Part shown: positions 55,007 to 64,000 of the stretch, in pieces
How positions within the stretch are numbered: position 1 is the first letter of the stretch
Layout of the letters: the number at the start of each line of letters is the position of its first letter
Source of the DNA: an uncultured delta proteobacterium
Lineage (GTDB): Bacteria; Myxococcota; Myxococcia; Myxococcales; Myxococcaceae
Assembly (NCBI GenBank): GCA_963771175.1
Contig: CAVYSY010000050.1
Coordinates: 64,001-128,000 of the forward strand
DNA: 64,000 bases
Direction: 5' to 3'
Position numbers and translations under genes: made by a program
Notes under the pieces: generated by a model
The model's input: the letters and a program-made list of their open reading frames with translations, nothing else
The model's database searches: none
What the model was told of the DNA's origin: nothing

Positions 55007-56069
55007 CTATGGGTTGTCCGAGGCCGCGCACCTGGCCAGACGCTCAGCCAGCGTGTTCTTGATGAGTGCGCGCTCGCGTGACTGCTTCTGGAAGTTGGCG
55101 CGCGAGACGTCGAGCAACAGTTGCTCCATTCTCGGCAGCCACCCGGCCTTTCATTATGTCGAAAGACAGGCGGACCAGGGGGCCTCTTCCCACGAGTTTG
55201 AACACATGGAAGCCCTGCTTCGTTTGGACCACAGGAGAGACCTGCCGGAGTTCGAGTTCCGAAACCGCGCTCCACACGGCATCCGGAGCGCTGCCAGGAG
55301 TCAACCTGGTTGCTCCAGAGCCCCCGGAACTGGGCGTCTCGGAATGGCGTTTCATCAACGCGGCGAAGTCCACATCGGGAGTCAATGCTTGCTCACGCAG
55401 CTTCAGGGCCTGGAGATGCTTTGCACGCATTTCATCGTCTGACATCGTAGGAGTGACCCGCAGCAGGATCTCCTGGACGACGAGGTGGCTTGGCGCGCGG
55501 AAGTGCGTCTCGTAGCGCTCGTACATGAGCCGGAGTTGCTCCTCGGAGAGAGCCTTGGGGGCCCTGCGCTGGAGCAATCGCTCGCGGAGCAACTCCAGGC
55601 GCAACTGATGACGTAGCTCTGCAAGTCCCAGTGGCAGCGAGGCCACGTGCTTCTCGAATGCATCAGGGCTGGAGAAGCGCTTCCGTCGTGCATCCAGGGC
55701 CGCATCCGCCTCTCGCTCCTCAACGACGATGTGTTCCTGTTCGGCGGCGTGCTCGATCAGCAACTCATCGATGAGTTTGTCGGCGATACGTATCTTCTGG
55801 GCGCACACCTTGGGCTCTGGGATATGCCCACCCAACAAGCCAAGGTTTTTCCTGTTCACCTCCCACAGCGTGTTGAAACGCGAGAGGGAGACCTCCTCCC
55901 CATCAACGATGGCGATGGTCCCGGTCTCGGGGCCGTCCACGCTCCCCGGCACGAGGGCGGGCTGACTCCCCCCCGCGCCAGCGCCCGTGACCAGCAGGGC
56001 CAGAGGGAAGAGCGCGCTCCGCAGCCACCGCGCCGGGACTCGAATCAAGGATCTCGGGTCGGTCAGCAC
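55007..56069 (-). CDS. SurA/PrsA-like PpiC (parvulin) peptidyl-prolyl isomerase; frameshift near 55140
   Basis: IAIVDGEEV, LIDELLI, DFAALMKRHSE and VSPVVQTKQGFHVFKL. An alternative frame continues RMEQLLL...DNP-stop. Confidence 0.82.
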
Positions 56070-56295
56070 GCGGCCCAGCTAACAGTTCGTCCCCAAGCTG
56101 TCCAGACCGTGATTTCCCTGATTATGCGGACAGTAGGGTGATGCTGCCAACTCCTGTGGTAGGGCGGCAAGCTCGAAGTCCACAGGGCCGAGGTATCCCA
56201 TCGAAACTTGAGGGAGCAGAAATGGCCGCAGTTGCGCGCCCGGAGCGAAGACGCCGTGGAGTCTCTCTTTCCGCGTGCCCCTTTACGGCAACCCG

Positions 56296-56955
<660 letters not shown>

Positions 56956-57094
56956 GCCGCGAGATTAACGCCGGGTGCGACCGTCCGCCGGGAATGCGAC
57001 GTGCCCCCGTCGAGCAGGTGACGCGAGGAGGGCATGCCGGGCAGCGCTCCCACCCCCGCTGTGGTTCCTGGCGGGGCTGTTAGAGTGGCTCCAG

Positions 57095-57382
57095 ATGACG
57101 GCTCCTCCCCCCCCACCCCCCGAGGCTCTCGAGCCGGCTCTTCCCGAGCGTCCCCGCCTCTCCATCAATGGTGTGCCCGTGCGGCCCGAGGAGCTCGGAC
57201 GCAACCTGTCCCCGGCGGTCCTGCTGATGCTGAGCGTCTCGAAGGAGCGGTACGAGCCGCCCGAGGCCTCTCCCGAGGAGCCACTGCGGACGTGGTTGGA
57301 TGGCATTTCGTCGCGGACGTTGGCGGTGGTGCTCGTGCTCCTCGGGCTGGGCGTGGTCGCGCTGCTGCTCCTGGCGCGGTGA
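57095..57382 (+). CDS. Small protein with C-terminal TM anchor
   Basis: Pro-rich N-terminus and hydrophobic tail; start uncertain. Confidence 0.55.
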   Translation: MTAPPPPPPEALEPALPERPRLSINGVPVRPEELGRNLSPAVLLMLSVSKERYEPPEASPEEPLRTWLDGISSRTLAVVLVLLGLGVVALLLLAR

Positions 57383-57534
57383 GCCCCCCGCCCTCGGGCG
57401 GCTTTCTCCCAAGGGTCCGATATGTGGCGTCGCGACCCTCGTTCCCGGTCCGGTGCTCCCGATGTCCGTGGGAGCATGACTGAACGACAATCGGGCTCGG
57501 CCGTGGGGCCCGGACATCGAGGGGGGGTTCACCC

Positions 57535-59475
57535 ATGAAGATGCGTCGAGTGTTCGTCTCCAGTGCCCTGTTGGTGATGCTGGGCGGCTGCCACGAGGTC
57601 AATCCCGATCCGGGGCCCCCCGAGGACCCCGGGCCCTTCCTGTCCGACACGCCGCTCTGGACGCTGGATGCGCCCGAGTCGCTCCGGGACTCGTGCTTCG
57701 GCAACTCCCTCGCGCTCGGGGACGTGAACGGGGATGGGCACCAGGATCTGGTAGTGGCGGCGCCCCCCTGCGCGTTTCTCCCGGGCAAGGGCCACGTGGT
57801 CCTCTATGCCGGCAACGGCTCGTCCTTCTCCACCGAGCCCGTCATCGCCGAGATGGACTGGCAGAAGACCCCGTCGAGCGGGCGGTCCCTCGCGGTGTCC
57901 ATCGGGAACGTGAACGGGGATCGCTTCGCCGACATCCTCGTCCGCGCCTCGTCCGGGGGGCTGATGGTCTTCACGGGCCGGGAGGAGCTGGGGTCGGTGT
58001 TCCAGGCGCCCCTGTTCCGCCTGCCAGCCACCTCTGTCTACCGCAATGGCTTCTTCACGGATCTGAATGGGGATGGGGTCGATGAGGTCGTCGCCCAGCA
58101 GGGGTTGACGGCCGCCATCTATCGCGTCACCCCTGGCGGGGAGGCTCCTTACGTCCTGTTGAGGTCGTTCCCGCAGTACGTGACGCGGGTCATCCCGGCG
58201 GGTGACTCCAATGGCGACGGGCTCGTGGATCTGATGGTCCAGAACCAGGACGGCGCGCAGCTCTTCCTCGGGTGCGGGCAGGACGAGCCGGGGCTCTGTG
58301 AAGGGGGCATCTCGGCCGCACCCGTCTGGAGGGCCAGCGACGACGTGCTGGGGTTCTTCCCGGATCAGAACGGGGACGGACGCTCGGAGGTGCTTCTCGG
58401 CTTCCAGGGGCGCGTGCAGGTGAACCTCTTCCAGCCGGAGGGCGGCATCTCCCCGACGCCCATCTGGAGCATGCTCGGGGACGCGGCCTTTCCGGGCTTT
58501 GGAGCCCCGGCCCGGTTCGTGGGGGACCTGGACAAGGACAACAAGGAGACGGAGTTCCTGCTGTCGGCGGCGGGGCGCCTGTACGCGTTCTTCCCTCAAA
58601 AGGAGGTCTCCGCGGAGCTACGCCCCGCCTGGGCCTGGCCGAAGAGCGACTCGGTGGGACCCTCGTTCCATGGCTTCCTGCGCTACGCGGTCGTCCGGGC
58701 CGGGGAGCTCAACGGGGATGGCTACGCCGACATCATCGCCGGCCTGTCCCGCCCCTATGACGCCCTGGCTCCGACGCACGTCACGAAGCCGGGGCAGGTG
58801 GTGGCCTTCGGTGGTGGCAAGGTGCCGCCCCAGACACCCGAGCCCTACCTGAAGGCGCCCACCACGTGCGGACTGGCGGCGAGCAGCGGAGGCAAGCCGG
58901 ACGTGACGGTGGACGCGGATGTGATCTCGCGCACGCTGTACGTGGAGCGGCGGAACTTCGCCGAGACGGCCTGCGAGGTGTCGGAGCGCTGCGTGGGCGC
59001 GCCCGGAGACCGGCGCCTGCTGCGCTTCAGCGTCTCCATTCCCAACCTGGGCACGGGCGCGGTCCTCATCGAGTCTCCCGATGTTCGACCGGAGCTCTAC
59101 GAGTTCGACGTCTGCCACGGCCACCACCACCTGACCGGGTTCGCCAGCTACGAGCTGCTCGGCGCGGAGAACGCGGTGCTGGCGGTGGGACGCAAGCAGG
59201 GCTTCGCGCTGGTGGACCTGACTCCCTACTGCGCCGACGCGCCACGCCCGAGCATCGAGGCGGATGGCTCCCAGCGCATCTCGCCGGGCTGGGCGGACGT
59301 GTACGCGGGCGACTACTCGTGCCAGTGGCTGGATGTCACGGAAGTGCCGGACGGCACGTACACGCTGCGCATCGGCGTGGACACGAACAACCTCATCGAC
59401 GAGCAGGACGTGCTGCCGAACTCCGTCGACGTGAAGGTGAAGCTCTCGGGAAACGCGGTGGAAGTCGTCCCGTAG
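57535..59475 (+). CDS. Lipoprotein with FG-GAP repeats and a lysyl oxidase domain
   Basis: GDVNGDGHQDLVV-type repeats; RRLLRFS, CHGHHH, RKQGF and ISPGWADVY..CQWLDVT. Confidence 0.9.
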   Translation: MKMRRVFVSSALLVMLGGCHEVNPDPGPPEDPGPFLSDTPLWTLDAPESLRDSCFGNSLALGDVNGDGHQDLVVAAPPCAFLPGKGHVVLYAGNGSSFSTEPVIAEMDWQKTPSSGRSLAVSIGNVNGDRFADILVRASSGGLMVFTGREELGSVFQAPLFRLPATSVYRNGFFTDLNGDGVDEVVAQQGLTAAIYRVTPGGEAPYVLLRSFPQYVTRVIPAGDSNGDGLVDLMVQNQDGAQLFLGCGQDEPGLCEGGISAAPVWRASDDVLGFFPDQNGDGRSEVLLGFQGRVQVNLFQPEGGISPTPIWSMLGDAAFPGFGAPARFVGDLDKDNKETEFLLSAAGRLYAFFPQKEVSAELRPAWAWPKSDSVGPSFHGFLRYAVVRAGELNGDGYADIIAGLSRPYDALAPTHVTKPGQVVAFGGGKVPPQTPEPYLKAPTTCGLAASSGGKPDVTVDADVISRTLYVERRNFAETACEVSERCVGAPGDRRLLRFSVSIPNLGTGAVLIESPDVRPELYEFDVCHGHHHLTGFASYELLGAENAVLAVGRKQGFALVDLTPYCADAPRPSIEADGSQRISPGWADVYAGDYSCQWLDVTEVPDGTYTLRIGVDTNNLIDEQDVLPNSVDVKVKLSGNAVEVVP

Positions 59476-59531
59476 TGCTGCCCGTGCTCCGGGGACTTGC
59501 CCCCCCGGAGCACGTGAGTCAGGAGCGAGTT

Positions 59532-59924
59532 CTACTTCTCGGGCTCGCAGCCGCAGCCGCAGTCGTCGAAGAAGGGCACCTTGCCGGGATCGCAGAAGAA
59601 CCGGATGGCCGCGCACCGCTCGGGATCGTTCGAGACGTAGGTCCGGTCGGGATCGTCACAGGCGGGCTGCTTCGGCTCCTGCTGGCAGATGCCTCCGCAG
59701 TCGGCGCCACCCTGGGTCGGATCGCAGTCGTCGTTCGGGTCATCGACGCAGGTGTACCCCTCGGGACACTGGATGGCGGCGAACCCCCCGCAGAAAGCAC
59801 CGTCCGCCTTCTTCTCCTCCTCGATGGCGGACGACTGCTGGGCCTCGGCCGTGGGCGAGCAGGCCGTACCGAAGAGCGCCGCACCCAGGACCAGCGCACC
59901 ACAGGAAATCAGTCGGATGGACAT
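59532..59924 (-). CDS. Small Cys-rich lipoprotein
   Basis: FGTAC lipobox; CGGFAAIQCPEGYTCVDDP..GGADCGGIC. Confidence 0.82.
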   Translation of the reverse strand: MSIRLISCGALVLGAALFGTACSPTAEAQQSSAIEEEKKADGAFCGGFAAIQCPEGYTCVDDPNDDCDPTQGGADCGGICQQEPKQPACDDPDRTYVSNDPERCAAIRFFCDPGKVPFFDDCGCGCEPEK

Positions 59925-60075
59925 GAACCCCTCCTCTGAGTGAAAGAAATCGGGCGCGGAGTGGCGATCCGGTAGGGGGGGAGCGGGCGAGCGAGCCCTC
60001 CAGGGGCCGTCAAGGTGGCCTGGCCGGGAGGCGAATTTTCCTCCGCCGGTGCTTCGATATACATGGGACGCCCAC

Positions 60076-60999
60076 ATGGGCAGCCGCGCGATCAGGTTGA
60101 ATCAGAGCTCCTCGGGCAAGGTGAAGACGGGCAACACGGGCAAGGTGAAGACGGGCACCACGGGCAAGGCCAGGCAGGTGGGCAAGGCGCGTGGGGGCGG
60201 CGGGCTCGTGCGCAAGCTGCTCCTGCTGAGCTTCCTGGGGCTGGTGGTGTTCGTCTCCTACGAGTACGCGAGCCTGCCGGACGCGGCGACGCTGCTGAAG
60301 GAGAACCCGAAGATGACGGCGCTCATGGAGCAGCGCGCCGAGGAGGCTCGGGAGGCGGGTCACAAGCCTCGCCGGAGGCAGACCTGGGTGGGGCTGTCGA
60401 ACGTGTCCAAGCACGCGATCGACGCGGTGCTGCTCTCGGAGGACGCGAGCTTCTACCTCCATGAAGGCGTGGACGCGAAGGAGCTGGAGAACGCGTTGGA
60501 AGACGCGATGCGCAAGGGCAAGCTGGGGCGAGGGGCCTCGACGATCACCCAGCAGCTCGCGAAGAACCTGTGGCTGTCGACGGACCGCAGCCTGCTGCGC
60601 AAGGCCAAGGAGCTGATCCTGGCGCACCGGCTGGAGGAGTCGCTGCCGAAGAACCGGATCCTCACGCTGTACCTGAACGTGGTGGAGTGGGGGAACGGCG
60701 TCTACGGGATTGAAGCGGGTGCGCGGGAGCACTTCGGCGTCTCGGCCGCGAGTCTGACGGCGGCGCAGGGGGCGATCCTGGCGTCGATGCTGCCGGCGCC
60801 TCGCAAGCGCTCCCCGACTTCGGGCTCGAAGGCTTTGAAGAAGCGGGCGCACTGGATCGTCGAGCAGATGGAGGCGGTGCGGCGCCTCAACGCCGAGCAG
60901 GCTCGGGCCGCGCACGCGGAGATCGATCAGATCCTCAGTGGGAAGAAGGCGGACGAGTCCGAGGGCGAAGAGGAAGGCCTCTCTGACTCCATTCAATGA
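60076..60999 (+). CDS. mtgA: Monofunctional peptidoglycan transglycosylase
   Basis: EDASFYLHEGVD, RGASTITQQLAKNL, RKAKE and YLNVVEWG. Confidence 0.92.
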   Translation: MGSRAIRLNQSSSGKVKTGNTGKVKTGTTGKARQVGKARGGGGLVRKLLLLSFLGLVVFVSYEYASLPDAATLLKENPKMTALMEQRAEEAREAGHKPRRRQTWVGLSNVSKHAIDAVLLSEDASFYLHEGVDAKELENALEDAMRKGKLGRGASTITQQLAKNLWLSTDRSLLRKAKELILAHRLEESLPKNRILTLYLNVVEWGNGVYGIEAGAREHFGVSAASLTAAQGAILASMLPAPRKRSPTSGSKALKKRAHWIVEQMEAVRRLNAEQARAAHAEIDQILSGKKADESEGEEEGLSDSIQ

Positions 61000-61012
61000 A
61001 GGAGAGTCGATC

Positions 61013-61414
61013 ATGAACGTGAAGAAGATGGGAATGACGTTGCTGGCCGTGTGCATGGGCTCCTCCGCGTGGGCGGCGGCACCGAAGTCCACGCCGGTGC
61101 TGCTCGAGAAGGGCAAGACCTCGTTCGCCCGCAACTGCCTCGCCTGCCACGGTGAGACGGGCGAGGGCGATGGCCCCACGGGCAAGTTCCTGATGCCGAA
61201 GCCCCGCAATTTCAAGACCGAGCCGTTCAAGCAGGGGGAGAAGCCGGATCAGATCTTCGATACGATCTCCAAGGGCGTGCCCGGTTCCACGATGGTGGCC
61301 TTCGCCACCCTCCCCGAGGAGGAGCGCTGGGCGCTCGCCTACTACGTCCTCGACCTCAAGGGGCCGAAGGGGAAGGGGACCCCGAAGGACACCCCCAAGA
61401 AGGGGAAGAAGTAG
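61013..61414 (+). CDS. Monoheme c-type cytochrome
   Basis: Signal peptide, CLACHG, GDGP and distal Met in GSTM. Confidence 0.92.
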   Translation: MNVKKMGMTLLAVCMGSSAWAAAPKSTPVLLEKGKTSFARNCLACHGETGEGDGPTGKFLMPKPRNFKTEPFKQGEKPDQIFDTISKGVPGSTMVAFATLPEEERWALAYYVLDLKGPKGKGTPKDTPKKGKK

Positions 61415-61423
61415 CCCCAGGAC

Positions 61424-64000
61424 TCAGGGCGCGGAGATGGCCGCCGAGCTCCCGAGCGTGATTCGGGCCCGGTCGCGCAGGCGCACCATCTCCGGCCAGC
61501 CCTCGTGGATCGGGAGGAGCGGCTCCCCGATGGAGAGGGTGAAGCGACCCGGGTGCTGCAGGTGCCAGCCCGGGCCGAGGAGGCGCCGCGTGCCCTCGAG
61601 GTGGATGGGCACCACGGGCCGTCCGGTCTCGACCGCGGCCTTGAAGGCACCCAGCCGGAAGGGCAGCAGGGCGGGCCCGCAGGAGCGAGTCCCCTCCGGG
61701 AAGATGAGCACCGAGGTGCCCCGCCGGAGCGCTTCGGTGACGTGCGCGGCCCCGGCGATGCCTCGGCTCGTGTCGAAGCGGTCCACCGTGAGGTGCCCGG
61801 CCCTGCGGACCGCCGCGCCCACCAGCGGCCACGAGAGCACCTCCTGCTTCGCCACGGCGCGGAAATCCACCGGGAGGGCCGCGAGGATCGCCACCGAGTC
61901 CACGTAGCTGACGTGGTTGGCCACCAGCACCCAGGGCCCAGGCCCGCGTAGGTGTTCGAGCCCTTCCACGCGCACCGGACATCCGATAGCCCACAGCGAC
62001 CAGCGACAGAGCCGGCGCACCATCCGGTCCGTGGGTGCTCCAGGGCGCACGAGCACCAGTCCGACTCCGAGCGCCAGCAGCGTGAGGAGGATCACCCCGA
62101 GACAGGTACACGGTGTAGATCGCCGCTCCCAGTGTGCCGGCCAGATGGCCTCCGCGCGCCCGGAGGTGTGACCCGGTCAGCCGCGCGTACTGGACGAGCA
62201 CCGCGCGTCTGCCCTTCGAGATGTCGCCGCGCACGTAGGCCTCTCGGGTGGCACCGCGTCGGATCTTCCCGCTGGAGGTCTTCCGCACCGCGCCTGGAGG
62301 CGCCAGCTCCACCACGTCCGGCGGCTCGCCGAGCACCGCTGTCACCCGGTCGACGATGGCCGACCGGAGCCGCTCGCGGGCCTCCCGGTCTTGCTCCCGC
62401 GTCTCCGCGACCACCACGAGCCGCTCGGTCCCGAGCTCCTCGCTGGGCAACCCGAAGGCGACCACGCAGCCCTTGCGGATGCCGGGCAGGTCTCCCACCA
62501 CCTCCTCGATCTCGTGGGGTACAGGTTGCGGCCGGCCTTGATGATGAGGTCCTTGCTGCCGCCCGGTGACGTAGAGCTCGCCGTCGGCCAGGTAGCCGAG
62601 GTCCCCGAGTCCAGCCACCCGTCATGGAGCACGGCGCGGGTGGCCTCGGGATGCGCGGAAGTAGCCCGACGTCATCGAGGGTCCGCGGAACTCGATCCGC
62701 CCCTCCACGCGCTCCTCGCGGCGGGCGGCCCGCTTCGTCCACGATGCGCACCTCGTGCCCGGCGAGCGGCCGGCCACAGGACACGAAGCGCAGCGGGCGC
62801 CCGCCGTCGCGAACGGGTCGCGCCTCTCGGTGATGCGTGAAGGGCTCGCGGTCGATGGCGTCGACGCGGGGCGCGCCGTCCCACGGGCGGGAAGGTGAGG
62901 GCGACCGCCGACCTCGGCCAGGCCGTAGACCGGGAACATCGCCTCGGGACGGAAGCCGTAGGGCGCGAAGCGCCGGGTGAAGCGCTCGACGGTGTCCGGG
63001 CTCACCGGCTCGGAGCCGTTGAGGGCCACGCGCCAGGAGCCCAGGTCGAGTCCCTCCAGCTCCGCGTCCTGCACCTTCCGGACGCACAGCTCGTAGGCGA
63101 AGTTGGGCGCGGCGGAGAGGGTGCCCCGGTGCTGGTGCATGGCGCGCAGCCAGCGCGCGGGGCGCGAGAGGAAGGCCAGCGGCGAGAGGATCGCGAGGGG
63201 AATGCCGTAGTAGAGCGGCATCAGCCAGGAGCCGATGAGGCCCATGTCGTGGTACAGCGGCAGCCAGCTCACCGCCGACGTCCTCGGGTCGGACGTGCGA
63301 GCGCCTGGCCGATGGCGCGGATGTTGGCGAGCAGGTTGGCGTGGGTGAGCAGCACGCCCTTGGGCGCGCCGGTGCTCCCCGAGGTGTACTGGATGAGCCC
63401 GGCGTCCGAGGCCTCCAGGCGCACGGGCGGTGCCACGGCGTCCTTCCACGCCAGCTCGGCCGGGGTGACGGTGCGCTGGAGGGAGGGCACTCGGGCCTTC
63501 AGGAGCGCGCCCACCCGCTTCGCCTCGTCGAAGGTGACGAGCACGCGCGCCTCCGGCGTTGCGGAGGATGCCGACCTGCCGCTCGACGTACTCCTCGAGG
63601 CGATCCATCCGGAAGGGCGGGTAGAGGGGCACGGGGACGCCGCCGGCGAGCAGCACGCCGAAGAAGCAGGAGAAGAAGGCGGGCTCGGTGCGCAGCAGGA
63701 GGCCCACGGTGTCGCCGTGCTGGAGGCCCCCGTGGAAGAGGGCCGCCGCCACCGCCGAGGCCGAGGCCCACAGCTCGCCGTAGTGCAGGGGGCGCTCCGA
63801 GCCGTCCTCCTGGCGCAGGAAGAGGTGGGGGCGCTCCGGGTGGTGCTCGGCGTGCCAGCGCAGCACGTCCGTCAGCAGCCAGGCCGAGTCCGGGGCGGCC
63901 GTGCCGGGAGCCAGCGGGGGTCGAGGCTCGGACGGCCCCTCTTCCGAGAGTGCGGGCCTCACCGCGGCGACGGCCCGGACCAGATCGCGCGGGGTGGAGG
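61424..64000 (-). CDS. Partial multidomain protein: (carrier domain)-fatty acyl-AMP ligase-PlsC-like acyltransferase; several frameshifts
   Basis: QYTSGSTGAPKG, SWLPLYHDMGLIG, PVYGLAE and KTSSGKIRR; NHVSYVD and FPEGTR. Confidence 0.88.

Larger units (their letters stand above)
17871..56295. mobile_element. Accessory region / genomic island anchored at msrA
   Basis: Bounded by the duplicated msrA 3' end; mosaic GC, IS remnants and gene shards; no integrase seen. Confidence 0.7.

Noticed and set aside
60114..60170. 24-nt tandem repeat at the start of mtgA
   Set aside because: In-frame low-complexity GKVKTG leader with no sign of phase variation.

Overview
High-GC window that looks myxobacterial (Archangium/Cystobacter-like gene content). 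It has scattered single-base frameshifts typical of an imperfect long-read assembly. The left arm (1-17.8 kb) is backbone-like: a hybrid kinase, an outer-membrane peptidase-like lipoprotein, a DUF2520 protein, a Clp ATPase and a Yip1-TolC-MacA-ABC efflux operon, with a 1.1 kb low-GC insert at 6.5-7.5 kb. The right arm (56.3-64 kb) holds msrA, an FG-GAP/lysyl oxidase lipoprotein, mtgA, a cytochrome c and an acyl-AMP ligase/acyltransferase. Between the arms lies a ~38.4 kb accessory region, bounded on the left by a 45-bp copy of the msrA 3' end and on the right by intact msrA, with a second msrA shard inside. No integrase is visible. Cargo genes are separated by short shards of unrelated genes and remnants of IS91-like, IS21 and Y1/RAYT elements. 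Notable cargo: a serine hydrolase plus a phospholipase D fused to a CE-clan (Ulp1-like) protease; a JAB/MPN-like lipoprotein with a partner lipoprotein (a second, broken pair lies at 6.6-7.5 kb); a lipoprotein whose Pro-rich tail is encoded antisense to a decayed rsmG-like gene; and a PpiC + giant PKD/hydrolase + Cys-repeat operon. All family calls come from motifs read by eye; no searches were run.
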